Numbered from the stretch's first letter, positions 28,871-38,615 are shown. The stretch: 64,000 bases of DNA from Clostridiales bacterium UBA4698 (GCA_002404755.1 DHKI01000007.1:79-64078), one strand, 5' to 3'. The notes: a model not told the origin generated them from the letters alone. Numbers and translations: made by a program.

Positions 28871-30735
28871 GAAAGAAACTAATAATATTTTTAATAATGT
28901 TAATAGTTACAATACCTATATGTGCATATATCTCAACAATAGTACATTTGAATTTAATAAAAGAATTTACGAGCATATCAGATATAAACAGTCAAACTGT
29001 AATACAAAGTATAGTTGGAAGTGAGAAACATCTTCAATTGTATATGTTATTACAGTTTTTATTTATGCTATTCATAGTGTTAATTGTTTTCGTAGAAACA
29101 ACTAATATTTTTGAAAGTAAATTAGGTAATGTAACAGATAAGATTAAAACTCCATTTATCGTAGGGCAAGGACAACACGGAACTGCGAGATGGTTAAAAG
29201 ATAATGAGTATGAAAAGGTTTTTGACAAAAATATTTTGTATGAAAAAGAGGCTGACCACATTGGTCAGGGCAAAAGTGTTGAAAAGATTAATTTTAAAGA
29301 TGGTGGATTAGTAGTTGGTTATAAAAAGAAAAAAGATAGTGAAGAAATTTATTACATAGGAGATAATACACATTCTTTAACTGTCGGAGCAACAAGAAGT
29401 GGAAAAACAAGAACTATTGTATTACAGACCATAGGAAATTTAGGACTAGCAGGAGAGAGTATGATTATAAGTGATCCAAAAGGAGAAATATATGATTATA
29501 CATCGAAATTTCTAGAAGATATAGGATATGAAACAATAGTAATAGATTTTAAAAATCCACAGAAAAGTAATAGATATAACTTTTTACAACCAGTAATAGA
29601 TGCAGTTAATAAGGAAGATTACAGAAAGGCAGAAGAATATGCGTGGGACATAACTTCAAGTTTAGTTGGTAACGAAGATAGCAGAATGGAAAGAATATGG
29701 AAAGATGGCGAAATGAGTATTATTGCAGGAGCTATAATGGCAGTTGTTTATGAAAATAAAGAACATCCAGAATTTCAAAATTTAACAAATGTGTATTCGT
29801 TTATTTCTGAAATGTGTAGAACAGAAGATGGGCAAATGCCAATTAATGAATACATAAATGACTTAGATGAAAATAATCCTGCAACTAGAATTTTTAATAT
29901 TGCTAGAATTGCACCAGAAAAAACTAGAGGTAGTTTTTTTACTTCGGCACTTACAACATTAAAATTGTTTACAAGTGAAAGCATATATGGAATGACATCT
30001 GATAGTGATTTTTCGTTAAAGGATACCAGTGAAAAGAAAAGGGCTATTTATATAATTCTTCCAGATGAAAGAGTAACTTATTATTCATTAGCCAGTTTGT
30101 TCGTAAACCAACAATACACTAATTTAGTTGAAGTTGCAGATGGCAGAGGTGGAGAACTGAAGAAAAGGACTAATTTTGTATTAGATGAGTTTGGAAATTT
30201 TACTACAATACCTGCATTTGCAAATATGCTTACTGTTGGTGGAGGCAGAAAAATTAGATTTAATATATTTCTACAATCGTTTGCACAATTAGAACAAAAA
30301 TATACAAGAGAGGGTGCAGAGAATATATTAGATAATTGTCAAACTTGGATTTATCTTAAAACTGCAAATATGGAAACTGCAACGAAAATTATGCGTAAAC
30401 TCGGAAATTATACAACTTCGAGTTATTCAAAAAGTAGTTCGTATAATAGACACCAAGCAGGTAGTAATTCTGAAAGTATGAATTTAATATCAAGACCTCT
30501 TTTAACTGAAGATGAAATATTAAGAATTGAAAGACCTTATGTACTTGTTATAAATGCAGGAAATTATCCTGCAATAACTAAAATTCCAGACCTCTCAAAA
30601 TGGAGATTTAATAAACTTTATGGACTTGGAGATAAAGAACATAATAGAGCAGTTCGCGAAGAAAGAGAAAATAGCAGAAAAGTAAGAGAACTAAAGAAAA
30701 TGCAGTTGTGGGGTGTGTGGAATGAATATAGATAA
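28867..30735 (+). CDS. Type IV coupling protein (VirD4/TraG family)
   Basis: Two N-terminal TM helices, Walker A GATRSGKTR and Walker B FVLDEFGN. 622 aa. Confidence 0.9.
   Translation: MRKKLIIFLIMLIVTIPICAYISTIVHLNLIKEFTSISDINSQTVIQSIVGSEKHLQLYMLLQFLFMLFIVLIVFVETTNIFESKLGNVTDKIKTPFIVGQGQHGTARWLKDNEYEKVFDKNILYEKEADHIGQGKSVEKINFKDGGLVVGYKKKKDSEEIYYIGDNTHSLTVGATRSGKTRTIVLQTIGNLGLAGESMIISDPKGEIYDYTSKFLEDIGYETIVIDFKNPQKSNRYNFLQPVIDAVNKEDYRKAEEYAWDITSSLVGNEDSRMERIWKDGEMSIIAGAIMAVVYENKEHPEFQNLTNVYSFISEMCRTEDGQMPINEYINDLDENNPATRIFNIARIAPEKTRGSFFTSALTTLKLFTSESIYGMTSDSDFSLKDTSEKKRAIYIILPDERVTYYSLASLFVNQQYTNLVEVADGRGGELKKRTNFVLDEFGNFTTIPAFANMLTVGGGRKIRFNIFLQSFAQLEQKYTREGAENILDNCQTWIYLKTANMETATKIMRKLGNYTTSSYSKSSSYNRHQAGSNSESMNLISRPLLTEDEILRIERPYVLVINAGNYPAITKIPDLSKWRFNKLYGLGDKEHNRAVREERENSRKVRELKKMQLWGVWNEYR
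29242..29270. repeat. 29-bp exact repeat, copy 2, inside the coupling-protein gene
   Basis: GAAAAAGAGGCTGACCACATTGGTCAGGG. Same codon phase as copy 1 (EKEADHIGQG). Peptide similarity continues (G-K/Y-SVEKI) using different codons. Confidence 0.9.
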
Positions 30736-30764
30736 AAAATTAAAAAAGAAAGGAAAGAAAAAAT

Positions 30765-31097
30765 ATGAGAAAATTACAAGAAAAATTAGCAAAGATATTG
30801 GGAGCAAGTTTAATAATGGTGTTAGCATTTACAAGCTCTTGTTTTGCAACTGGAATACAAGGAACAACACTAGTAACAGGAACTCAAAATCTAATAACTG
30901 ACTTAACAAATTGGCTCTTAATAATTGCACCAACATTAACGATTTTACTTGTTGGTTATTATTTAATGAGAAAATCAGCATCAGATGAAATGGATGCGAA
31001 AAGATGGGATAGTAGGGTTAAAATTGCAATTATATGTTGTATTGGTGTAGTAGTTGCAAGTGGATTAATTAATGTTTTAATTGGCTACTATCAATAA
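30765..31097 (+). CDS. Small secreted/membrane protein (possible VirB2-like component)
   Basis: Signal peptide plus two hydrophobic helices. Position between the T4CP and the VirB6-like gene. Confidence 0.45.
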   Translation: MRKLQEKLAKILGASLIMVLAFTSSCFATGIQGTTLVTGTQNLITDLTNWLLIIAPTLTILLVGYYLMRKSASDEMDAKRWDSRVKIAIICCIGVVVASGLINVLIGYYQ

Positions 31098-31111
31098 GGA
31101 TGTGAGTATGT

Positions 31112-31963
31112 ATGGAGAAACTATTAACGAATTTAATAGCTACGATTATTGGCTCGGTTGATAATTCTATAAATACTGTGTTTGGTGGACTAATAGATAT
31201 GTGCTTTAATTCTGAAAATTATATTTCTCAAATATTAGGGAATGAAGTAATGAATTTTGATGGGTTAAGAACAATTATTTTATCATTTGCAATAGCACTA
31301 ATTATATTGAAGTTTCTGAAGAAAGGTTTTGATACATACATTATGTGGGTTGAGGGCGATAATGATACTCCACCTATAACTTTTGTAACATATTTTGCAA
31401 GGGCTTTGGTAATGGCAGTATCATTTCCGATTTTGTATGATTGGCTAATAACAGTTGCTAAAGATTTAGGAAATCAAGTAATGGTTGCTTTGAATTTGGG
31501 AGAGCAATATTCATTGACAACTGCAATAGCAAGTTTGGCGATTATGAATATTTTTGCTGCAATAGTAGGCTTGATAATTATTATAATGTTATTCCTTTTA
31601 TATATTCAATTCATAATGCGTGGTGTAGAAATGCTAGTATTAAAGTTAGGTTTTCCACTTGCTTGTGTAGGACTAGTTGATTCTGATAAAGGAATATTTG
31701 CACCATATATGAAGAAGTTTTTTCAAAGTATAACAACAGTAATCGTACAAATTGCTTTAGCAAAATTAGCCATATTGCTTATAATGACTGGACAGATGAT
31801 ACAAGCAGTAGCAGTTTTATTAGTCGCATTAAGAACACCAAAATTCTTATCAGAATTTATGATAATAGCAAATAGTGGAGGAAGTGGAATTAGTACACTA
31901 GCTCATAATACAAGCCGAACAATAGAACTTGCAAGACATATAAAGAATTTTGCAGGTAGGTGA
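31112..31963 (+). CDS. Polytopic membrane protein, VirB6/TrbL-like
   Basis: Six or more predicted TM helices within T4SS gene context. Confidence 0.55.
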   Translation: MEKLLTNLIATIIGSVDNSINTVFGGLIDMCFNSENYISQILGNEVMNFDGLRTIILSFAIALIILKFLKKGFDTYIMWVEGDNDTPPITFVTYFARALVMAVSFPILYDWLITVAKDLGNQVMVALNLGEQYSLTTAIASLAIMNIFAAIVGLIIIIMLFLLYIQFIMRGVEMLVLKLGFPLACVGLVDSDKGIFAPYMKKFFQSITTVIVQIALAKLAILLIMTGQMIQAVAVLLVALRTPKFLSEFMIIANSGGSGISTLAHNTSRTIELARHIKNFAGR

Positions 31964-32178
31964 TGTCAATGGATACAATAAACGAATTAATAAATGTGTT
32001 AAAAATATTAATAGCACTTGGTGTAATAATGCGAGTTATATTTTGCTTGATAAAGATGATGTATTCTGAAGATGACAGAAATGCTTATAAAAGAAAAATG
32101 ATAAATATAATAATTTTTGGAGTAATAGCAGAGCTATGTTTAGTTATTAAAGATGTAATAATGTTTTATTATCAGTAA
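31960..32178 (+). CDS. Small membrane protein
   Basis: 72 aa with two hydrophobic helices. Overlaps the previous stop codon. Confidence 0.45.
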   Translation: MMSMDTINELINVLKILIALGVIMRVIFCLIKMMYSEDDRNAYKRKMINIIIFGVIAELCLVIKDVIMFYYQ

Positions 32179-32256
32179 TGAATTGTATTTGCACTACCGA
32201 TTAGTAAAAAATATGATATAATCAAATGTGTTCTAATGAAAAGGAGTGTGTAAAAT

Positions 32257-33885
32257 ATGATGGAAGAAGATGTACTTTATTATCAAAATAGAAATAATAA
32301 AAGGGTTGCTAATAAAAAAGACTGGATCAAAATATTAGAAAGCGAAGAAAAAATAGAGAATAATAAAGTATTAGAAATTTTATTTTTCTTATATGACTGT
32401 AAAAATTACACTTCTACTGGAAAAAATATAGCAAAATATTTTGAAACTGAAGTAGCTGCGATTAATAGTTATGTAAGTCATTTTGGAAAAAGAATAATTG
32501 ACTTACTGGGTATTGAAGAACAAGAAAATTCAAGAGGAGGAAGCTTGAGATGGAATATTCCTTTTGAAACAATACCAGAACTAAACCAAGCTAGTGCTTT
32601 TACTTGGAAGTTAAGGGATGAGTTGGTAGAAGCAATGGCTGAAAGATATGATTTGTTGCCTAAAAAAACAGATACAATAGAAGATAAGATAAAACAATTT
32701 ATAGAAAAAAGACCATACGCTGAATATATGCAAAGTATCACAGATGATTTACAAACAAGAAATGAATTTGTAGAAAAGTTTAATATTAATCGAATTATGA
32801 ATATGCAAATTGATGACTTCGTAATAGGAAGATTAAACTTAGATGAAAAAGGTAAAGAAAGTTTTTGTTATGTATTAGAAACTCGTATGACAAACTTGGG
32901 AGAAATGCGAGGAGCTTTTGTATCTAAATTTGGAGTGTGGTATAGTGCTAAAAACGGGGAATATGATTTCTCAAATAAGTACGGAGAAACTTTAGAAGAA
33001 GCATTTTTGAAATTAAAGCAAGAAATTTGCTCGTTACTAATTAGTGGAAACAACAAAGATTATAATGAAATACAAGAAAATATGATAGCACCTATTTTTA
33101 AGGGAAAAATATTATCTACATATTATCCAGAAAAATATTTGGCAATGTTTAATGAAGATGATGTAAATAAATTTTTAATAGAGCTAAATATAGATTATGA
33201 TGTTAATTTGGTTGATACACTAGAAAAGAAAAAAGCATTGTTGAAAGAGTTTAAAGAAAATCAAAAAGAATTAAAAGACAAATCTGATTATTACTTTATA
33301 GCTTTTTTATATGACACATTTAGAGATGCAGTAAAAGAAAAAAATACAGTATCTGGTGCAATTGATTACAATATAGAATTTGTTGATTTTAATTACATAC
33401 AAAGACACGAAGCGAAAAAGAAAAATGAATATAGGTCTAGAAGTACAGATTATGAGAAAATAAGTAGAAACAAAAAAGATGTAGGTAATAGAGGAGAACA
33501 AGCAGTTTTAAAATATGAAAAGAATAAACTTATTAGTTTAGGAAAAGAAGAATTAGCAGAACAAGTATATATATGTGAAAATGATGCTATTGGCTATGAT
33601 ATTGTATCTTATGACGAAATGGGTAAAGAAATACATATTGAAGTAAAAACCAATAGTGGCAATCAAAAGTATTTGGATTTCTATATTAGTGATAATGAAT
33701 TAAATACAATGTTAATAGATGATTCGTATTATATTTATTATTTATTTAATATAAAAGGGAAACCAAAATGTCATATAATTAATAAACAAAAGATTTTAGA
33801 AAGAAAAGAAGAATTTTTCCAACCTGTTATTTACAAGGTAAATATAGATGTAGAAAAAGTAGATGAATTGAATAAAAACGACTAG
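32257..33885 (+). CDS. DUF3883-type (PD-(D/E)xK nuclease-like) C-terminal domain protein with an unknown N-terminal region
   Basis: C-terminal GNRGEQAVLKYEKNKL...GYDIVSYDEMGKEIHIEVKTN...FYISDNELN fits the DUF3883 D...E.K pattern. Extended -10 TGATATAAT at 32214-32222 upstream and a terminator at 33884-33914 downstream. Confidence 0.6.
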   Translation: MMEEDVLYYQNRNNKRVANKKDWIKILESEEKIENNKVLEILFFLYDCKNYTSTGKNIAKYFETEVAAINSYVSHFGKRIIDLLGIEEQENSRGGSLRWNIPFETIPELNQASAFTWKLRDELVEAMAERYDLLPKKTDTIEDKIKQFIEKRPYAEYMQSITDDLQTRNEFVEKFNINRIMNMQIDDFVIGRLNLDEKGKESFCYVLETRMTNLGEMRGAFVSKFGVWYSAKNGEYDFSNKYGETLEEAFLKLKQEICSLLISGNNKDYNEIQENMIAPIFKGKILSTYYPEKYLAMFNEDDVNKFLIELNIDYDVNLVDTLEKKKALLKEFKENQKELKDKSDYYFIAFLYDTFRDAVKEKNTVSGAIDYNIEFVDFNYIQRHEAKKKNEYRSRSTDYEKISRNKKDVGNRGEQAVLKYEKNKLISLGKEELAEQVYICENDAIGYDIVSYDEMGKEIHIEVKTNSGNQKYLDFYISDNELNTMLIDDSYYIYYLFNIKGKPKCHIINKQKILERKEEFFQPVIYKVNIDVEKVDELNKND

Positions 33886-33914
33886 AGTAGGGATTTTTCT
33901 CTACTCTTTTTATT
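33884..33914 (+). terminator. Intrinsic terminator
   Basis: AGAGTAGGGA-TTTT-TCTCTACTCT followed by TTTTATT. Confidence 0.7.
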
Positions 33915-33930
33915 ATTAAGGAGGTTAGAT

Positions 33931-34257
33931 ATGGAAGAAAAACAAAATGAATTGTATATCCCTTCTAACATAAAAATTCGATTAGAGTTTTTCAAAGGTT
34001 ATGGAGTTAAAGAGATGATCATTACACTAGTTGTAATGATTTTTTCTTTACCTATTGCTTTTGCATTATATAAGTTTAAAGGAACATTGTTAGCAGTTGT
34101 TTTTCTTTTTATTATTGTTGCAGGAACAGTAGTATCAATAGTAAAAGATGATAATAACTTGTGTGTATCAAAACAAGTAGGTTTTATGCTGAAGAACTTA
34201 AATATGCAAAAAATATATAAGTATAAATATTACGATAAAAGGAGGGAGATTAAGTGA
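33931..34257 (+). CDS. PrgI-family (VirB3-like) membrane protein
   Basis: YIPSNIKIRLEFFKGYGVKEMI, then two TM helices. Immediately precedes VirB4-related ORFs. Confidence 0.6.
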   Translation: MEEKQNELYIPSNIKIRLEFFKGYGVKEMIITLVVMIFSLPIAFALYKFKGTLLAVVFLFIIVAGTVVSIVKDDNNLCVSKQVGFMLKNLNMQKIYKYKYYDKRREIK

Positions 34258-34865
34258 GTACATTTAAAAATTTATTTGGAAATAAAGAAAAAGAAAAAAC
34301 TTGTAATGAAGAAATAAATGTTAAAGATATAAGAAATAACTTCTTATATACAAATGATAACAAAGTAATGTGTTATATAAAGATACATCCTCTTAATTTA
34401 TATTTGCTTTCAAATAAAGAAAAAGAATCAATAATGAAACAATTATCAGCAGAGTTATCTAGTGAAACAAAGGCAATGAAATTCTTTTCAATAGCAAGAC
34501 CAGTTGAGGTATCTTCTGTTTTAGATGATTTGAGAGGCTTGCAAAATGAAGCACTTAATCAAGTACAGAAAGTTTTAATAAGACTACATATAAACGAAAT
34601 TTTAAGATTAACACTTACTGGAGATAGAGTTGAAAGGCAAAACTTTTTAATAATATGGCAAGAAGTAAATGATTATGCAGAAAAGGATTTGTTAAAAAGA
34701 GCAATGGAACTTACGAATAAATTTGCTACTTGTAATATAAAAACAGAAATACTAGATGAACAACAGATAATACAGTTATGTAGTAGTTTTACTAATATGA
34801 ATTATGCGTATAAAGAAGATAGCGATTATGAAGATAATTTGCCTATGATAAGATGGGAGGTTTGA
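34254..34865 (+). CDS. Probable N-terminal segment of VirB4 encoded as a separate ORF
   Basis: GTG start overlaps the PrgI stop. VKDIRNNFLYTNDNKVMCYIKIHPLNLYLLSNKEKESIMKQL resembles the extreme N-terminus of Gram-positive VirB4 ATPases. 203 aa. Confidence 0.5.
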   Translation: MSTFKNLFGNKEKEKTCNEEINVKDIRNNFLYTNDNKVMCYIKIHPLNLYLLSNKEKESIMKQLSAELSSETKAMKFFSIARPVEVSSVLDDLRGLQNEALNQVQKVLIRLHINEILRLTLTGDRVERQNFLIIWQEVNDYAEKDLLKRAMELTNKFATCNIKTEILDEQQIIQLCSSFTNMNYAYKEDSDYEDNLPMIRWEV

Positions 34866-34869
34866 TTTT

Positions 34870-35445
34870 ATGATATTAGAAAAAGATGTAAAAAGTATTA
34901 TTAAAACTATTGAAGAACATTATAAAAATATGGAACTAGCAACTTATGTTCTCAATAAAGATGAAAAGTGTATTGATATTGCTTTATATGATGATATAAG
35001 AACAAGTGAAGTTTTTGGTAGATACTTTGGAAGTAACAACTTAAGAAATACCGAAATAGCTTGTCCAGATATGACAGATAAGCAACTAGAAAGAGTTAAA
35101 AGGGCATTAGAAAAAATGGGAATAAAAGAAAATACATTATATGAGCCAACAATAAACGAAACTGTATATAATATAGGAGATGTTGTTTTATATGAAAATG
35201 ATAGTTATGGAAAAATTGTTGATATAGATAGAAATGATATGGGAAAAGAAAATACATATCCTTATGGAATTGTATTTCCAGACATATATTTGGAAGATAG
35301 ACCGTTTTGGGCAGAAAGGACAGAGATAAAACCTGTACTAGATAAAGAAAAAATTAAGGAAATAAATGAATGGTATAGCGAAAATAAAACTAGTATAGAC
35401 AGAGATATTAAAGAGTTGCAAGAAGAAATGGAGAGTGACTATTAG
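34870..35445 (+). CDS. Hypothetical protein lying between the two VirB4-related ORFs
   Basis: 191-aa ORF. It starts 4 nt after the previous stop, and its stop abuts the ATG at 35446. No motif recognised. Confidence 0.5.
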   Translation: MILEKDVKSIIKTIEEHYKNMELATYVLNKDEKCIDIALYDDIRTSEVFGRYFGSNNLRNTEIACPDMTDKQLERVKRALEKMGIKENTLYEPTINETVYNIGDVVLYENDSYGKIVDIDRNDMGKENTYPYGIVFPDIYLEDRPFWAERTEIKPVLDKEKIKEINEWYSENKTSIDRDIKELQEEMESDY

Positions 35446-37281
35446 ATGAAAAAGAGTGAAGTAAATCGAGTACAAACAAATCACAATCTATTAAATATAA
35501 TTACACCAATAACTGGAATGGAATATAAGCAAAGCAGAATGAGAATAGGAGATAATTTTGCGAAGATTTATACCGTTATTAAATATCCGAAAAATGTTAA
35601 AGTTGGGTGGTTATCAAAACTCTCTAATATACCTAACACAATATCAGTACAACTATTTGAGCCATCAGACAATACCTTACTTATCGAAAATATGTCAAGA
35701 GGCATCAGACAAAGTGAAATGATTTATGATAGCAGTAAAGATGCATTAGTCAGAAAGAGAGCTTTAAGAGAAATAGATGACGGACAAGAGATTCTTGAAA
35801 AAGTAGAAGTAAAGGGCGAAACTGTTGGATATATGACTAATATGGTTATGGTTGTTGCTGAAGATGAAGAAACATTAAATAAAAGGTGTAAAAGAGTTGA
35901 AAGTATTGTTTGTGGTATGCAATTAAAAATGAGAAGTTTAGCATATTGCATAAAACAAGCATTTCAAACAATATCTCCATTTCATACAGGAAATGAAGAT
36001 ATTTTGAATGTTGCAAGAAGAAATATCTTAATGTCAGACTTCATTGGTGGTTTCCCATTTGGTGGTGGAGGATTAAATGATGGCAAAGGTTTTTACTTAG
36101 CTAAAGATACTAATGGTGGAATTGTAATACTTGATACTTGGAAAAGAGGTTTAGACAGGACAAATAGTAACTATGTTGTAATGGGTACTTCTGGTGTTGG
36201 TAAATCAACGGCAGTAAAACATATATTGCTTAATGAGTATATGAGAGGAACTAAAATACTTGTCATAGATCCAGAAAGAGAATATAAGACTTTGTGCCAA
36301 AATTTAAAAGGGGATTGGATAAATGTTATAGGTAAAAATGGGCAAATGATAAATCCATTGCAAATAAGACCAGTACCACTTGATGATGAAGATGAAGAAA
36401 TCGCAGGGATAAAAGATGAGGGAAACGGACTAGGTGCTATGGCTTTGCATATACAAAGTATAAGACCATTTTTTAAGTTGCTATTTCCAGAGATAACTCA
36501 TAGTCAATTATCAATATTAACTTCTGGTTTAGAAGATGTTTATAACAAATTTAATATATTTTGGGATACAGATATAACAACTATTCCAAATAACAAATTC
36601 CCAATAATGAAAGATTTGTATGAGTACATTAGTGAAAAAATAGAAGAACTAGAAAAGAAAAAAATAGACTTAACAGATTATAAAACAGTACAAGGACTAC
36701 TTCGAGATGTAGCAGTAGGTGCAGATAGTGATATATTTAATGGTTATACAACTGTAAAAACAGATTCAAGATGTGTAGTGCTAGATACATTCAATTTACA
36801 AAATAGTGATGAAAGAATAAAGAAAGCACAGTATTACAATATACTTACATATTGTTGGGAACAAATTGCCAAAGATAGAGATGAGAAAATATTACTTGCA
36901 TGTGATGAGAGTTATTTAATGATAGATACACAAGTACCACAATGTTTAGTGTATTTAAGAAATATAGCAAAAAGGTGTAGAAAGTACTCTGGAGGAATAA
37001 TTATTATTTCACATTCTGTTGTAGATTTCCTTGATCCAAGCATAAAGATGTATGGACAAGCAATTCTTGATATGGCTTGTTATAAGGTCTTAATGGGGGC
37101 AGATGGACAAAATTTAGAAGAAATGAAAGTCTTGTACAAACTTACTGAAGCAGAAGAAGATTTAATATATGCAAGACAAATGGGAGTAGCTTTGTTTATG
37201 GCAGGTACTAGTAGGTTAAGTGTGAAGTTTGATATTTTCCCTTATGAGTTTGAGTACTTTTCAAACAAGAAAGGAGGGTAA
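35446..37281 (+). CDS. VirB4-like conjugative ATPase (lacking about the first 200 aa of typical homologs)
   Basis: Walker A GTSGVGKST at about residue 238 and Walker B LLACDESY. The N-terminal YPKNVKVGWLSKL motif is typical of the region after the first ~200 aa of VirB4. Confidence 0.9.
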   Translation: MKKSEVNRVQTNHNLLNIITPITGMEYKQSRMRIGDNFAKIYTVIKYPKNVKVGWLSKLSNIPNTISVQLFEPSDNTLLIENMSRGIRQSEMIYDSSKDALVRKRALREIDDGQEILEKVEVKGETVGYMTNMVMVVAEDEETLNKRCKRVESIVCGMQLKMRSLAYCIKQAFQTISPFHTGNEDILNVARRNILMSDFIGGFPFGGGGLNDGKGFYLAKDTNGGIVILDTWKRGLDRTNSNYVVMGTSGVGKSTAVKHILLNEYMRGTKILVIDPEREYKTLCQNLKGDWINVIGKNGQMINPLQIRPVPLDDEDEEIAGIKDEGNGLGAMALHIQSIRPFFKLLFPEITHSQLSILTSGLEDVYNKFNIFWDTDITTIPNNKFPIMKDLYEYISEKIEELEKKKIDLTDYKTVQGLLRDVAVGADSDIFNGYTTVKTDSRCVVLDTFNLQNSDERIKKAQYYNILTYCWEQIAKDRDEKILLACDESYLMIDTQVPQCLVYLRNIAKRCRKYSGGIIIISHSVVDFLDPSIKMYGQAILDMACYKVLMGADGQNLEEMKVLYKLTEAEEDLIYARQMGVALFMAGTSRLSVKFDIFPYEFEYFSNKKGG

Positions 37282-37283
37282 CT

Positions 37284-37787
37284 ATGGATTTTAGAACTTT
37301 TAGTATTGCTAAAAGATTTAGAAATAACAAATACTTTACTGATTTAGAGGATTATATAAACGAAAGAGTTAAAGAAAAAAAGTTATCGTATGATGATTTG
37401 AAGTATTTATATAAAAATTTATACAGAGGGCATTCGCTATATGTAAAGCAAAACATTTTTCCAGTTGGAGAATTTTTGTCAAAAGGTTTTTCAAGTGCTG
37501 AAGCAGAAAAAATTGCCAAGTTGTTGCCAGATGCAAAGAAATATACTGTTTTTTGCTACGATGAAAAAGAATGTGGCTATGCATATAATAAATTGTTTAG
37601 AGATTTACAATATGCTTATTTCAAATATGAAAGAATTTATAATAACTGTAAATCGAAAGATGAAGCCTTTGAAAAAGTAGAGAAGTTAATTGAAAAGACA
37701 GATGTACAATCTAGAGAAAATTTTATGGAAAAACTTGAAAATAGAGGAAAGTCAAAAGAGAGTGAAAATGAGTTGGAACTAGAATAA
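37284..37787 (+). CDS. Hypothetical protein
   Basis: 167-aa ORF within the T4SS operon. Confidence 0.5.
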   Translation: MDFRTFSIAKRFRNNKYFTDLEDYINERVKEKKLSYDDLKYLYKNLYRGHSLYVKQNIFPVGEFLSKGFSSAEAEKIAKLLPDAKKYTVFCYDEKECGYAYNKLFRDLQYAYFKYERIYNNCKSKDEAFEKVEKLIEKTDVQSRENFMEKLENRGKSKESENELELE

Positions 37788-37797
37788 GGAGGTAGAT

Positions 37798-38523
37798 ATG
37801 GCTATAAAGACTGTTTTAATCGCACAGGCATTAAAGATAATTGCTGAAGAAGAAAAACGAAATACCTTAATATTAGGAATAACAATTTTTGTATCACTTT
37901 TTATAGTGATTATTTTTATGCCAATTTATTTACTTTTACATCCACTTGAAACTTTATCAATGTTCTTTGGTGGAGATGAGTTTGCAAGTGTAGAGCAATT
38001 ACACGCAGATTATCCTTATATTCTTGAAACAAGTACAACTAGTAGTAATGGAAGATTTCCAGTACCTTTAGAGGGAACGATTACATCTGATTATGGTATG
38101 AGAATACATCCTGTAACTGGTTTATTATCAAAACATACTGGAATTGATATATCTGGGAAACATAGAGATAATGTTATAGCTATATATGATGGTGTTATTA
38201 CTATTGCAGAAATACAAAAAGGTTTTGGAAATTGTGTAGAGATAAAACACGAAATAGTAACTTACGAAATAGTTACTGATGAAGAGGGAAATGAGAAAAG
38301 AGTAAAACATACAGAAATATTTTATAGCTTTTATGCCCATTTAAGTAGAATAGATGTAGTAGAGGGAATGCGAGTAATGCAAGGAAATGTAATTGGAATT
38401 GAGGGAGGAGATCCAAAGAAAGATCCAAATGCAGGAACTTCAACAGGACACCATCTACATTTTGAGATAAGAACAAAGAGTGGATATGGAAATGATGTTA
38501 ATCCAAAAGACTATATAATGTGA
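37798..38523 (+). CDS. Membrane-anchored M23 peptidase (T4SS cell-wall hydrolase)
   Basis: TM helix. HTGIDISG (HxxxD) and GHHLHFEIR (HxH) M23 motifs. Confidence 0.85.
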   Translation: MAIKTVLIAQALKIIAEEEKRNTLILGITIFVSLFIVIIFMPIYLLLHPLETLSMFFGGDEFASVEQLHADYPYILETSTTSSNGRFPVPLEGTITSDYGMRIHPVTGLLSKHTGIDISGKHRDNVIAIYDGVITIAEIQKGFGNCVEIKHEIVTYEIVTDEEGNEKRVKHTEIFYSFYAHLSRIDVVEGMRVMQGNVIGIEGGDPKKDPNAGTSTGHHLHFEIRTKSGYGNDVNPKDYIM

Positions 38524-38615
38524 TTTATTGAAGAATCTATAATTGTATGCTATAATTTTTAATATAAAATTATAAGTCGCAGAAATTACAAATCCTATAT
38601 AGGAGGGATAAAAAG

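Noticed and set aside
34866-35445. An intein or split intein interrupting VirB4.
   Set aside because: In-frame stop codons separate all three ORFs. No intein block motifs are present: no Cys/Ser at the N-junction and no HN-Cys/Ser/Thr at the C-junction.
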